Below are positions 21,444-31,523 of a DNA stretch of 64,000 nucleotides, in pieces. A program made the translations under genes and the position numbers. Location: positions 4,979 through 68,978 of the forward strand of contig JARLIE010000218.1 in NCBI GenBank assembly GCA_031291875.1, read 5' to 3'. This stretch comes from Minisyncoccota bacterium. GTDB lineage: Bacteria > Patescibacteriota > Minisyncoccia > Phycocordibacterales > UBA2100. Below the pieces are notes generated by a model. That model was not told where the DNA came from, made no database searches, and worked only from the letters and a program-made list of their open reading frames with translations. Positions within the stretch are counted from its first letter, which is position 1. Every line of letters starts with the position of its first letter.

Positions 21444-22524
21444 GTATCGGTACGATCCGTTCTTCCACACCGAGACCAACGTCATCATTCTCCAAGTAGC
21501 GTTCGCGCTCATATTGCTCGGCGTCGTCGGAGCGTCTTTCAGCGTTCTGTATCGCGACATTTCCGCAGCGATCGTCGACGGCATCAAGCAGGGGCTCGCA
21601 ACCGGATCCCCGCAGGCGCTCGCCCCCTCGATCGTCGCTCAGATCGAATTGATCCGAACACAAAATCTCGCAACCATCGTCACGATCATCGTCGGCACGA
21701 CGGTGGTCTTTGGTTATGTAATCGCGCGCGTCACGCTCCAGCCTGCGCGCAATGCGCTCGCGGCGCAAAAGCAATTCATCGGCAATATCGCGCACGAACT
21801 GCGCACTCCCCTTTCTGTTATTAAAACGAATACGGAAGTCGCCCTATTCGAAAATAATATGTCCGCAGAACTCAAACAAATCATGCGATCCAACGTTGAA
21901 GAACTCGATCGTATCTCTGAGATCATCAACAACCTGCTCTCGCTCTCTGCCCTCGTGAAGCCGGAGCGAATGGAATTCACCACCGTAGATCTTTCGGAAT
22001 TAGCCTCCCGGGTCGTTTCGAGATTCACCCAACTCGCGAGGCACAACAATCTGCAAATAACCGTTCGAAAAAGTCCGCAGGCATGCGTATGGGGCAACGA
22101 AACGGCGCTCGAGCAAATCCTGGGAAACCTGCTCAAAAACGCCATTCAATACACACCACGCAACGGACAAATCATGGTCACGACGGCACCTGGACTTGGC
22201 GACCAGGTCGAAGTCACCATCCAAGACTCCGGCGTCGGCATCGCGCGGAAAGACCTCTTTCGCATCTTTGAGCCGTTCTATCGCGCCGAACAGTCCCGCA
22301 ACCGCACGCAAGGCGGATCCAGTTCGGGCCTAGGGCTCACGATCGTTTCGGAGCTTTTGAAGCTGCACAACGGAAAGATAACGATTCGCTCTGCGGTTGG
22401 CCGCGGGACATCGGTCGTCATCCTCTTCCCTGCAGCACGCAAGGGAGCGCAGGTCGGCGGTTCCGAGCTGCACGAGGGACTCAATGAAGTTGCTGTGGAT
22501 TTTTCTTCCGGTCGAACGGCATAA
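21325..22524 (+). CDS. sensor histidine kinase (2 TM, HisKA, HATPase_c)
   Basis: H-box IAHELRTPL, N/G boxes. The ORF-track start overlaps the RR by 119 nt. True start may be a later ATG (21355) or TTG (21433). Confidence 0.85.
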   Translation: MWDLAMWSTYMSKIFDENWKERVRLSWKRFAASVTDLLNKYRYDPFFHTETNVIILQVAFALILLGVVGASFSVLYRDISAAIVDGIKQGLATGSPQALAPSIVAQIELIRTQNLATIVTIIVGTTVVFGYVIARVTLQPARNALAAQKQFIGNIAHELRTPLSVIKTNTEVALFENNMSAELKQIMRSNVEELDRISEIINNLLSLSALVKPERMEFTTVDLSELASRVVSRFTQLARHNNLQITVRKSPQACVWGNETALEQILGNLLKNAIQYTPRNGQIMVTTAPGLGDQVEVTIQDSGVGIARKDLFRIFEPFYRAEQSRNRTQGGSSSGLGLTIVSELLKLHNGKITIRSAVGRGTSVVILFPAARKGAQVGGSELHEGLNEVAVDFSSGRTA

Positions 22525-22541
22525 GCTGATACTCACGGGTC

Positions 22542-22557
22542 TTCACGCTAGCGTGAA
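22542..22557. promoter_or_regulatory. 16-bp perfect palindrome TTCACGCTAGCGTGAA with -10-like TATACT 13 nt downstream, upstream of the DUF1993 gene
   Basis: Read directly. Perfect dyad symmetry at the -35 position relative to TATACT (22570-22575). Confidence 0.3.
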
Positions 22558-22605
22558 TGGTACACATGCTATACTCCGCGCATTACTTTCATTTGTAAAG
22601 CTCCT

Positions 22606-23145
22606 ATGCAAGAAACAAACCTGTACACCGTTACCGTTCCGCCGATGATGAAGGCACTGACCGCCCTCTCCGGTATCCTCGACAAAACCGCGGCGCACGC
22701 GCAAAGCAAGCAGCTCGAGTGGCACCCCGAAGGCATGCAAGAGGAGGCTCTTTTGAATTCACGACTCATCTCAGACCAGTTCCCGTTCATACGACAGGTG
22801 CAAGTCGCCTGCGACAATGCCAAAAATGGCGTCGCACGAATAGCCGGCATCGAGGCGCCCAAGCACGAGGACACGGAAAAAAGTATTGCGGAGCTGAAAG
22901 CGCGCATCGATAAAACTGTCGAATTCCTCAAAACGATCAAGCCGGAGCAAGTAATCGGCCAAGATGCACGTAAAGTCTCCCTTGCCTTCTGGGAAGGCAA
23001 GGAGATGACCGCCTTCGATTATGTCACTTCCTACCTGATTCCGAATTTTTACTTCCACGTAACCACTGCGTACTCGATTTTGCGCTCCAACGGCGTGCAG
23101 ATCGGTAAAGGTGACTACATGGGCGAAATGCCCTTTACCGACTAA
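22606..23145 (+). CDS. DUF1993 family protein
   Basis: 179 aa. N-terminal LYTVTVPPMMKALTALSGILDKTAAHA and overall pattern match the DUF1993 helical-bundle family. Confidence 0.65.
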   Translation: MQETNLYTVTVPPMMKALTALSGILDKTAAHAQSKQLEWHPEGMQEEALLNSRLISDQFPFIRQVQVACDNAKNGVARIAGIEAPKHEDTEKSIAELKARIDKTVEFLKTIKPEQVIGQDARKVSLAFWEGKEMTAFDYVTSYLIPNFYFHVTTAYSILRSNGVQIGKGDYMGEMPFTD

Positions 23146-23871
23146 ATGCACAAACACATTTTCTTCGACATGGACGACACGCTCACGCTGAGCAAATCAG
23201 CGATGGACGTTGCACACGTTCCACTCTTCCTTGAGCTGTGCGCCTCGCATGACGTAATCGTGGTCTCTGGGCAAGACGAGCAAAATATTCGCCGTCAAAT
23301 CCCGAGTGAAGCCGACGGTCGTTACTACCTGCTCACTCAAAACGGCAATCACGCGATCGACAAAAATGGCACGGTCATGTGGTACGAGGAGTTCTCGGCG
23401 CAACAAAAAGAGGCCATCATGGCGTTTATCAAAACCGTTCACGACGAGCTCGCGCTCCAAGTGAAAGACGAAAACGATCTCGTCGAAGATCGCGGCTCTC
23501 AGATCAGCTACAGTCTCATCGGCCACCACGAAGAGGTCGCGAAGAAAAAGGCGTTTGATCCCAAGGCAGAAAAAAGAATTCAGATTCTGCGGGAGCATGC
23601 GGCCGAAGTCGATGCACTGAAGCAACTCGGCGTCGAGATTTCGGCAGGCGGAACGACCTGCTTCGACATTATCTTGCTCGGTCGCAATAAAGGATTCAAT
23701 GTCGCGCGGCTCATCGAGCACGAGGGGTGGAAAAAAGATGAGTCGCTGTATGTAGGCGACGCGCTCGAGCCGGGTCGCAACGACGAAAGCGTCATCGGTG
23801 TCATTGCAACGCATGCGGTCAAGGACCATTTCGACACGTTTCGCTTCATTAAGGAAAATCTGGTATCCTAG
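23146..23871 (+). CDS. HAD-IIB hydrolase (eukaryotic-type phosphomannomutase-like)
   Basis: Motif I FDMDDTLT. C-terminal GGTTCFDI..GDALEPGRND resembles the PMM/HAD-IIB cap and motif IV. Confidence 0.65.
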   Translation: MHKHIFFDMDDTLTLSKSAMDVAHVPLFLELCASHDVIVVSGQDEQNIRRQIPSEADGRYYLLTQNGNHAIDKNGTVMWYEEFSAQQKEAIMAFIKTVHDELALQVKDENDLVEDRGSQISYSLIGHHEEVAKKKAFDPKAEKRIQILREHAAEVDALKQLGVEISAGGTTCFDIILLGRNKGFNVARLIEHEGWKKDESLYVGDALEPGRNDESVIGVIATHAVKDHFDTFRFIKENLVS

Positions 23872-23879
23872 CCACTCAT

Positions 23880-24644
23880 ATGAACGCACTCTCAATCAAG
23901 GGACTCACAAAAACCTACGGCAACGGCGTACAAGCGCTCAAGGGCGTCTCGCTCGATATTCCCGAGGGCGACTTTTTTGCCTTGCTCGGCCCCAACGGCG
24001 CGGGCAAAACAACGATTATCGGCATTTCAACGGGGCTCGTAAATAAAACTGCCGGCACCGTAGAGGTCTTCGGCCATGATATCGACAAAGAACCCGAGCT
24101 CGCGAAAACATACATCGGCCTCGTTGGGCAGGAGATCAACTTCAACCCGTTCGAACGCATCCTCGACACCGTTGTAAACCAAGGTGGCTACTACGGTATA
24201 CCGCGCTCCGAAGCCATTCCACGAGCCAAGCAACTGCTCACCGATCTCGGTCTCGGCGATAAAATGGAGAGTAATGGAATGCAGCTCTCGGGCGGCATGA
24301 AGCGACGCCTCATGATCGCGCGAGCGCTTATTCATAAGCCGAAATTCCTGATCCTCGACGAGCCGACGGCCGGCGTCGACGTCGAATTGCGCCGCGGCAT
24401 GTGGGATTACCTGCGCAAGCTCACGTCAGAGGGCCTCACCGTACTTCTCACGACGCACTATCTCGAAGAAGCGGAGCAGCTCGCAAAACAAGTCGCAATC
24501 ATCAACAAAGGCCAGATCATCGTGAACGACACCATCGACAAGGTGCTCGCGATGCACACCGACACCGGCACCACCAAGGAGGGCTTCCGCGGGTCGCGAC
24601 TCGAAGAAGTATTCCTGGATCTCATTCGCGAAAACAACAACTAA
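23880..24644 (+). CDS. ABC transporter ATP-binding protein (ABC-2 type)
   Basis: Walker A GPNGAGKTT. Signature LSGGMKRRL. Walker B ILDEPT. Confidence 0.9.
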   Translation: MNALSIKGLTKTYGNGVQALKGVSLDIPEGDFFALLGPNGAGKTTIIGISTGLVNKTAGTVEVFGHDIDKEPELAKTYIGLVGQEINFNPFERILDTVVNQGGYYGIPRSEAIPRAKQLLTDLGLGDKMESNGMQLSGGMKRRLMIARALIHKPKFLILDEPTAGVDVELRRGMWDYLRKLTSEGLTVLLTTHYLEEAEQLAKQVAIINKGQIIVNDTIDKVLAMHTDTGTTKEGFRGSRLEEVFLDLIRENNN

Positions 24645-24645
24645 T

Positions 24646-25428
24646 ATGGATACCTATCACAAGTGGATCGCCTTTTACACGATGATGCGCAAGGACGTCG
24701 TCCGCATTTTCCGTATCTGGGTGCAGACCTTTTTGCCGAGTGTCATCACCTCGACACTCTATTTCCTCATCTTCGGCACTGTGCTCGGGAGCAGAATCGG
24801 AACGATGCAGGGCGTGCCGTACATGCAGTTCGTCGTGCCGGGTCTCGTCATGATGGCGATCGTCACCAACGCGTACGCGAACTCATCGTTCACCTTCTTC
24901 CAGTCGAAATTCTTCGCGCGCTCGATCGACGAGCTCCTCGTCTCTCCGATGCCGCCGTGGCTTATGATCGCAGGGTTCGTTTCAGGCGGCGTCATCCGGG
25001 GTGTCTTGATCGGCGCGCTTGTTTTGATCGTCGGTCTCTTCTTCACCGGCTTGCATCTCACGATCACCAACCTCGCCATAATCCTGCTCTTCGCGATTCT
25101 CACCTCGCTCGTCTTCTCGCTCGCGGGACTCGTCAACGGCGTGTATGCGAAATCGATCGACGCGATCAACATCGTGCCGACCTTTGTTTTGCAGCCGCTC
25201 ACCTATCTCGGCGGCATCTTCTACTCGGTGAATTCATTGCCAGAATTCGCGCGCTACGTCACCTACGTAAATCCCCTCTTCTACCTTATCAACGGCTTCC
25301 GCTACGGTTTCCTGGGCTTTGCGGACGTTTCGATCTGGACGTGCGTCGGTGTGCTCGCCGGCCTCATCCTTGCGTTGATCGCGATCAATTGGTACCTCAT
25401 CAAGTCCGGTCTCGGACTGAAGCAGTAA
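24646..25428 (+). CDS. ABC-2 family transporter permease
   Basis: 6-TM protein immediately after the ATPase (2-nt gap). Confidence 0.8.
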   Translation: MDTYHKWIAFYTMMRKDVVRIFRIWVQTFLPSVITSTLYFLIFGTVLGSRIGTMQGVPYMQFVVPGLVMMAIVTNAYANSSFTFFQSKFFARSIDELLVSPMPPWLMIAGFVSGGVIRGVLIGALVLIVGLFFTGLHLTITNLAIILLFAILTSLVFSLAGLVNGVYAKSIDAINIVPTFVLQPLTYLGGIFYSVNSLPEFARYVTYVNPLFYLINGFRYGFLGFADVSIWTCVGVLAGLILALIAINWYLIKSGLGLKQ

Positions 25429-25432
25429 TCGC

Positions 25433-25957
25433 TTACAGTCTCGCCAACACAAAATCCGCACGTTCGGAGACCGGAATAATCGGTACTTGAACGATTTCAT
25501 AGCCGAGCTCTTCATAGGCTCGCGTAATTTCCGTATGCAACCATGCTGCTTCCTGCGGTGTTTCGTAGCGCTCCGCATCGTTCGCAAACTCGATCATATC
25601 GAGCAAAAAGACTTTTCGATATGTAACGGATTGAATCGCATTCGTAAAGAATTCTTCTACCGGTATGCCGAATTTCCGCAAGTACGCGACATTATCGGGT
25701 ATACCGCGATCGAAAAAGACTATCTGGTCTTTCGGGGCTTCGGCGACCAGTTCTTGCTGGTGAGCAACGATAAGCTTTTCGAGCGCAAGCGGGTCGGCAA
25801 CGATAGCTTCGATGTTTTTCCCCGTCGCGAGCTGCGCTGCAATAACCGTGCGCGCCGATTCTGGGAAAACCGAATAGCTGCGCCCTTTAAGCTCGTTGAT
25901 GAGGGTTGTTTTGCCGGAACAGGGACCCCCCGTAAGCACGTACCAAGGAGGTGTCAT
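25433..25957 (-). CDS. P-loop NTPase (AAA_28 / NadR-type kinase-like)
   Basis: Walker A GGPCSGKTT. 174 aa. Confidence 0.6.
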   Translation of the reverse strand: MTPPWYVLTGGPCSGKTTLINELKGRSYSVFPESARTVIAAQLATGKNIEAIVADPLALEKLIVAHQQELVAEAPKDQIVFFDRGIPDNVAYLRKFGIPVEEFFTNAIQSVTYRKVFLLDMIEFANDAERYETPQEAAWLHTEITRAYEELGYEIVQVPIIPVSERADFVLARL

Positions 25958-26478
25958 ACATTTTCTCGCTCAAGATCTACCCATTTGTATTTCAGTCCGT
26001 TCCATTCGTGCTCTTCCTCAGAGGTTTTCTTGGTGAACTGATCTTCGTAGGGAGGAAAGAAAGAGTCCGCTTCTTTTTCATCATCGATGAGAGTCAAATA
26101 TAATTTTTGAATATACGGCAGCGCTTCCTTGTAGATTTGTCCGCCGCCTCCGATCGAAACAGCTTCCGGGTCGATGGCCGCCGCTTTCGCAAGTGCCTCT
26201 TCGACCGAGGATGCCACAACCACATCGGGAAAGCTCCACGATTGATCGCGCGTCACAACGATATTGACGCGATCCGGAAGCGGTTTGCCGTTCGTATACT
26301 GCAAAATAGATTCGAATGTTTTACGACCGAAAATAATTGGGTGCCCTTTCGTCAGCTGTCTGAACCGCTTCAAATCATCGGGAATATGCCACAGGAGCTT
26401 GCCGTCTTTGCCAAGCCCCCCGTTATAGGCGTGCCCCGCACCGATAGCGACCACCGCATATACCAAGGGCTTTTTCAT
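25954..26478 (-). CDS. folA: dihydrofolate reductase
   Basis: VAIGAGHAYNGGLGKDGKLLWHIPDDLKRFRQLT, GGGQIY motifs. Start trimmed to MKKPLVY (ATG 26478). Confidence 0.85.
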   Translation of the reverse strand: MKKPLVYAVVAIGAGHAYNGGLGKDGKLLWHIPDDLKRFRQLTKGHPIIFGRKTFESILQYTNGKPLPDRVNIVVTRDQSWSFPDVVVASSVEEALAKAAAIDPEAVSIGGGGQIYKEALPYIQKLYLTLIDDEKEADSFFPPYEDQFTKKTSEEEHEWNGLKYKWVDLERENV

Positions 26479-26552
26479 GGGCGAAATATACCACACCTTA
26501 TTTCCCCCGTCCGCGCAACGGCGATATCCTGCGACGGTGCTAAAATGCCCCG

Positions 26553-27227
26553 ATGCAATCGTACGAAGTCGAAGTGAAGTCTTTGCTCGGCAGCGAGGAG
26601 CGAGCCAATGAGTTGCGCGACGCACTCCAAAAAATCGACCCCGCATGCGAGCTCATTTCAAAGAACAAACAACTCAATCATTACTTCGAAGGCGGCACGC
26701 TCGAAAAGCTGGCAGAGGTCGTCTCGCCGCACCTCTCCGCCCTCGCGGACGTAAAACTCAACGAAATGATCGGGCGCATGAGCGAATTCTCGATCCGCAG
26801 CCGCGACAAAAACGGCACGGTATACCTCGTAGTGAAGGCGTCTGTCGGCGAAGACTCAAGCGAAAACGGCGTCGCTCGCATCGAATTCGAAGAAAAGATG
26901 GACATGTCGCTTGAAGAGCTCGATCAACTCATGCTCTCGGCGGGCTTTACGTACCAGGCAAAGTGGTCGCGCGAGCGCGAAGAATATCTCTGCAAGAACG
27001 TGAACGTCACGCTCGATAAGAACGCGGGTTACGGCTGGCTTGCCGAGTTCGAGCGTGTCGTCGACGATCAATCCAAGGTCGAGGCAGCCCGCGCCGAAGT
27101 TATCGCTCTAATGCAGGAACTTGGCATCGACGAGCTTCCGCAAGCCCGCTTGGAACGCATGTTTTCCTTCTACAACGCCCACTGGCAGGAGTACTATGGC
27201 ACCGACACAATCTTCACTGTAGAATAA
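26553..27227 (+). CDS. CYTH-like domain protein (CyaB/thiamine-triphosphatase fold)
   Basis: N-terminal YEVEVKSLL (ExExK motif). Acidic pattern. Low confidence. Confidence 0.45.
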   Translation: MQSYEVEVKSLLGSEERANELRDALQKIDPACELISKNKQLNHYFEGGTLEKLAEVVSPHLSALADVKLNEMIGRMSEFSIRSRDKNGTVYLVVKASVGEDSSENGVARIEFEEKMDMSLEELDQLMLSAGFTYQAKWSREREEYLCKNVNVTLDKNAGYGWLAEFERVVDDQSKVEAARAEVIALMQELGIDELPQARLERMFSFYNAHWQEYYGTDTIFTVE

Positions 27228-27231
27228 CCCT

Positions 27232-27813
27232 ATGTTTCTCTCCGACGTCGACATCAAGAAAGCGATCAAAAACGGAGAAATAACGCTCGAGCCCTTTTCC
27301 GAGTCCCGCTTACAGCCCGCGAGCTACGACATCCTGCTCGGCAACAAATTCATCGAGAACGACGCGAGCTCGACGCACTTCGTCGACCCGGCCCGCAAAA
27401 TCTTCGCGAAGACGACCGAAAAGACCGTGGCCGACGGTAATGAGTTCGTGCTGCATCCGGGCGTTTCAGTGCTCGGACTCTCTAAAGAATACTTCGGCTC
27501 GGATCACTACCTTATCCAGGTCGGCGGCAAATCTTCTCTTGCCCGAGTCGGCCTCATGATCCACAACACCGCGGGTATTATCAACCCGGGCCATTTCTTG
27601 CACATCACGTTTGAAATCACCAACCAGAGCAATATCCCGATCATCCTGCGCCCTGCCATGGAAATCGCGCAGATCACGTTCTCGAAGCTCACGTCGGAGC
27701 CTGAGCGCAACTATCGCCGCGTCGGGCGTTTTGCAAAAGACAATTGGAATCACTTCGTGCCTGCGCCGAAGAAAATTACAAAGCGCCGCTCGGTCGCGAA
27801 AGCGAAAAAATAA
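27232..27813 (+). CDS. dcd: dCTP deaminase
   Basis: MFLSDVDIKKAI..LEPF..QPASYDILLG. Typical Dcd N-terminus and length. Confidence 0.88.
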   Translation: MFLSDVDIKKAIKNGEITLEPFSESRLQPASYDILLGNKFIENDASSTHFVDPARKIFAKTTEKTVADGNEFVLHPGVSVLGLSKEYFGSDHYLIQVGGKSSLARVGLMIHNTAGIINPGHFLHITFEITNQSNIPIILRPAMEIAQITFSKLTSEPERNYRRVGRFAKDNWNHFVPAPKKITKRRSVAKAKK

Positions 27814-27814
27814 T

Positions 27815-28783
27815 ATGGAACGACATCCCGAATACCAATATCTCGATTTAATGCAGCGCTGCCTTGAGCACGGCGACGAGCAAGTCGATAAAGGCACGAA
27901 TGTAAAAACCTACAGCATCTTCGGTGCACAAATGCGCTTTGATCTTTCGCAAGGATTCCCCCTCCTAACGACCAAGCGCGTCTACTGGAAAGGTGTTTTA
28001 CACGAACTGTATTGGTTCATGTCGGGACAATCCAACATCAAGTATCTCGTCGACAACGACGTACATATTTGGGACGACTATCCGTACAAAATCTACAACG
28101 AAAAGGTCGGGCGCAAGGAAGTGGCTGCGCTCACCAAAGAAGAATTTGTCGCGAAGATAAAAGAGGACGAAACCTTTGCGAAGGACCACGGAGAACTTCC
28201 GCACATTTACGGCGAACACTGGCGGCGCTGGATCGCTCGCGACGGTCGCAAAGTGGATCAGCTCGGCTGGGTCGTCGACGAATTGCGCAAAGACCCGGAC
28301 GCGCACAACACGCTCGTAACTTCCTGGAATCCTGAATATATGTATGCCATGGCAGCGCCGGGCCAAGCGGCGCGTTTCCCTATTTGTCACAATCTGTACC
28401 AGGTCAATATTAAAAACGACAAAGTCTGTTTGCAGCTGTATCAGCGCAGCGCCGACATGTTCCTCGGAGTGCCGTTCAATATCGCGAGTTATGCGCTTTT
28501 GACCGCGATTATCGCGAAAATCTTGAAGCGGGAGCCCGGTGAGTATATTCATACGCTCGGAGATTTTCACGTCTACGAAAACCATCGGGACCAGGTGAAA
28601 GAACAACTCTCGCGCGAACCACATCCGTTCCCGACCGTCGAGTTCAATCATGATTTCGATTCTCTCGATGAATTCAGACCCGAGTATGTAGTACTCAAAG
28701 ATTACAATCCTGAAGCGACCATCAAGGCCGAGCTCACCGTCGCCGGCGGCTACAACAAAGACCTGCACGAGAAAAACGCATAG
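27815..28783 (+). CDS. thyA: thymidylate synthase (long form)
   Basis: Catalytic PFNIASYALLT (Cys replaced in text by the conserved P-x-N..Y context), DLGPVYG-like and HTLGDFHVY motifs. Start trimmed to MERHPEYQYL (ATG 27815). Confidence 0.9.
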   Translation: MERHPEYQYLDLMQRCLEHGDEQVDKGTNVKTYSIFGAQMRFDLSQGFPLLTTKRVYWKGVLHELYWFMSGQSNIKYLVDNDVHIWDDYPYKIYNEKVGRKEVAALTKEEFVAKIKEDETFAKDHGELPHIYGEHWRRWIARDGRKVDQLGWVVDELRKDPDAHNTLVTSWNPEYMYAMAAPGQAARFPICHNLYQVNIKNDKVCLQLYQRSADMFLGVPFNIASYALLTAIIAKILKREPGEYIHTLGDFHVYENHRDQVKEQLSREPHPFPTVEFNHDFDSLDEFRPEYVVLKDYNPEATIKAELTVAGGYNKDLHEKNA

Positions 28784-28832
28784 TGTATGATTTAACGCCG
28801 CACATATCTTTATCCGACCTTATTCCAAAGAT

Positions 28833-30098
28833 ATGGACTACGAACACATTCAAAATCAAGACAAAGAAGTTTTCGACGCAATCGAAGGCGAAGAGTTGCG
28901 CGAAATGGAAGGCCTCGAATTGATCCCGTCCGAAAATTATGTTTCGAGGGCGGTGCGCGAAGCCAACGGCTCCGTTTTTACCAATAAGTATTCCGAAGGC
29001 TATCCCGGCAAGCGCTACTACGGCGGCCAGACATACACCGACATTGTTGAAACAATCGCGATCGAACGCGCGAAAAAGCTCTTTGACGCAAAGTTTGCCA
29101 ACGTGCAAACGCTCGGGGGCGCGAATGCGAACATCGCTATGTACTTCGCCCTGCTTGAGCCGGGCGACACCGTGCTTGGCATGGATCTCTCCCACGGTGG
29201 TCACCTCACGCACGGCCACCCCGTCACCTACCTCACAAAAATTTTCAGATTCGTTCGCTACAAGATGAAAGATCCGAACACGGGAGAAATCGATTACGAC
29301 GAAATGCGCGAGGTAGCGAGACGCGAGAAACCGAAGATCGTTCTAGCGGGTTTTTCGGCATATCCTCGAGAGCTCGAATACGCGAAGTTCGCCGATATCG
29401 CCCACGAAGTGGGTGCCTACGCCATTATGGACATTGCACACATCGCGGGCCTTATTGCAGGCAAAGCAGTGAAAAGCCCGTTCGAGTTTGGCTTCGATGT
29501 CATGACCTCGACCACGCACAAGACGCTTCGCGGCCCGCGCGGCGGTCTTATCCTCACTCGCGAAAACGAGGAAATCGCGAAGAAGATCGACAAAACCGTC
29601 TTCCCGGGACTCCAAGGCGGCCCGCACATGAACAACATAGCGGCCAAAGCCGTTGCCTTTGGCGAAGCACTTTCTCCTTCGTTCAAGACGTATGCGGCGC
29701 AAATTCTTAAGAATGCAAAAGCGATGGAGAAGGTATTCCTCGACAACAACATCCGTCTCCTTACCGGCGGCACGAGCAATCACCTGTTGCTTGCCGATGT
29801 ATTCGGTTCGCTCGGCATAAGCGGCCAGGAAGCAGAAACACTGCTCGATCGAGTCGGTATCACACTCAACAAAAATTCCATCGCGGACGACACGCGAAAG
29901 CCGATGGATCCTTCCGGCATTCGCTTCGGCACGCCGGCGATTACCACGCGCAACTTCACCGAAAAGGAGTCCGCTCGCGTGGCCGAGCTTATGGTCGAGG
30001 CAATGAAGAGCAAGGCGGACGAAACGAAGCTCGACGCGATCCGCGAAGAAATTCGCGAGCTCTGCAAACGATTTCCCGTTCCTGAATCCTTCGTCTAA
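28833..30098 (+). CDS. glyA: serine hydroxymethyltransferase
   Basis: 421 aa. PLP lysine context TTHKTLRGPRGG. Confidence 0.95.
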   Translation: MDYEHIQNQDKEVFDAIEGEELREMEGLELIPSENYVSRAVREANGSVFTNKYSEGYPGKRYYGGQTYTDIVETIAIERAKKLFDAKFANVQTLGGANANIAMYFALLEPGDTVLGMDLSHGGHLTHGHPVTYLTKIFRFVRYKMKDPNTGEIDYDEMREVARREKPKIVLAGFSAYPRELEYAKFADIAHEVGAYAIMDIAHIAGLIAGKAVKSPFEFGFDVMTSTTHKTLRGPRGGLILTRENEEIAKKIDKTVFPGLQGGPHMNNIAAKAVAFGEALSPSFKTYAAQILKNAKAMEKVFLDNNIRLLTGGTSNHLLLADVFGSLGISGQEAETLLDRVGITLNKNSIADDTRKPMDPSGIRFGTPAITTRNFTEKESARVAELMVEAMKSKADETKLDAIREEIRELCKRFPVPESFV

Positions 30099-30101
30099 GT
30101 T

Positions 30102-30692
30102 GTGTTCCACCTGCAACTCATACCGCTCGTACAAGCGATCGGCTATCCCGGTCTGTTCGCCGTCGTCTTTCTCGAAAGCGGCGTATTCTTCGGCTTCTTT
30201 CTCCCGGGGTCCTCGATGCTTTTCACGGCGGGGCTACTCGCGACAAAAGGCTTCTTCGATCCTTGGCTGCTCATCTTCCTGATGTGGCTCGCTGCCGTGC
30301 TCGGCGATAATGTCGGGTATTGGTTCGGCAATAAGGTAGGGATCAGGCTGTTTTTGCGACCGGATTCGAGATTCTTCAAGCACGAGTATCTCGAGCGAGC
30401 AAAGGATTTCTACGACCGGCACGGCGCGCGCACGATCGTGCTTGCCCGATTCGTTCCGATCGTCCGCACCTTCGTTCCCATTGTCGCGGGCGTAGTCAAA
30501 ATGCGCTATGGCGCGTTTTTGGTCTACAACCTCATCGGCGCGCTCGCTTGGGCCGCAGGCGTCACCTTTCTCGGCTACTACCTCGGCGAGAAGCTTCCGT
30601 TCGTACAAACCTACCTGACGCCGATTGTGCTCGCGATCATCGTCGTCACCTCGCTTCCCCTTTTGTGGGAATTTCGCTCATCTGAAAAATAG
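30102..30692 (+). CDS. DedA/SNARE-associated family membrane protein
   Basis: FLESGVFFGFFLPGSS motif. Confidence 0.8.
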   Translation: MFHLQLIPLVQAIGYPGLFAVVFLESGVFFGFFLPGSSMLFTAGLLATKGFFDPWLLIFLMWLAAVLGDNVGYWFGNKVGIRLFLRPDSRFFKHEYLERAKDFYDRHGARTIVLARFVPIVRTFVPIVAGVVKMRYGAFLVYNLIGALAWAAGVTFLGYYLGEKLPFVQTYLTPIVLAIIVVTSLPLLWEFRSSEK

Positions 30693-30701
30693 ACGGCGTG
30701 C

Positions 30702-31520
30702 CTAGCGAAGCTGTTTGAGACGAGCAATACCGCCCCAAAGGCCGCCGATATCGCCGAGCTCGGAGTGCACGATCTCGGGAAGACTCGGGAACTTGCGCAT
30801 GATTTCGGCGAGGTGGAATTTGACGCGTTCGACGGGTATGCCAATTTCGTTGAACATCGAGCCGCCGAGCACTACTCGATCCGGCGACCAATGCAGGATC
30901 GTGTTGTGGAGACCGTACGCGAATGTTTGCGCGAGCTCTTCCCATACCGGCGAATCTTTTTCGATATGTTTCGGATTGATTTCATATTTTTCCTGGACGG
31001 CCTTGCCCGAAACAAGCTCCTCGAGCGTGCGAGGATTCCCGCCGATGAAAAGATATTGCCCGCCGATCTCGAAGCCGTATGCCGCAGGATCGATGACCCC
31101 GTCGACGATGCGGACGCCATTTACGCCGGTCGAAACCGTCGCGTACACGAGAATATGTGCGCCCTTGCCCGCTCCATAAAACGCCTCTCCCAGGCCGACT
31201 TGCGCCGTGTCGTTCAAAAGATGCACCGTCGTCGAAAGCGCGGCTTCAAGCTCTCGAGCAAATGGTTTTCCACGCCAATCTGGCAAGTGCGGCGACGTGA
31301 GGGGCGTCTTGCCATCGTCGGAAACAACGCCGGTAATATCGATAGCCATTGCGTCGATCTTTTCATTTCCCGCCATTTGGCGGCACGCGCGAATAATATC
31401 GGCGATGCCGTCTGCGTAATTCTTCGGTGTCTCCATGATGAGCGGGTCGCCCAATTTCTCAAGATCGCCGCTCTTCGCGATGCGCGTTTTCGTGCCTCCG
31501 ATGTCCGCTACGATGTACAT
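30702..31520 (-). CDS. ROK/BadF-type sugar kinase (probable glucokinase)
   Basis: ADIGGTKTR phosphate-1 motif. ASKHA fold length. Directly upstream of the PGI. Confidence 0.72.
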   Translation of the reverse strand: MYIVADIGGTKTRIAKSGDLEKLGDPLIMETPKNYADGIADIIRACRQMAGNEKIDAMAIDITGVVSDDGKTPLTSPHLPDWRGKPFARELEAALSTTVHLLNDTAQVGLGEAFYGAGKGAHILVYATVSTGVNGVRIVDGVIDPAAYGFEIGGQYLFIGGNPRTLEELVSGKAVQEKYEINPKHIEKDSPVWEELAQTFAYGLHNTILHWSPDRVVLGGSMFNEIGIPVERVKFHLAEIMRKFPSLPEIVHSELGDIGGLWGGIARLKQLR

Positions 31521-31523
31521 GGT

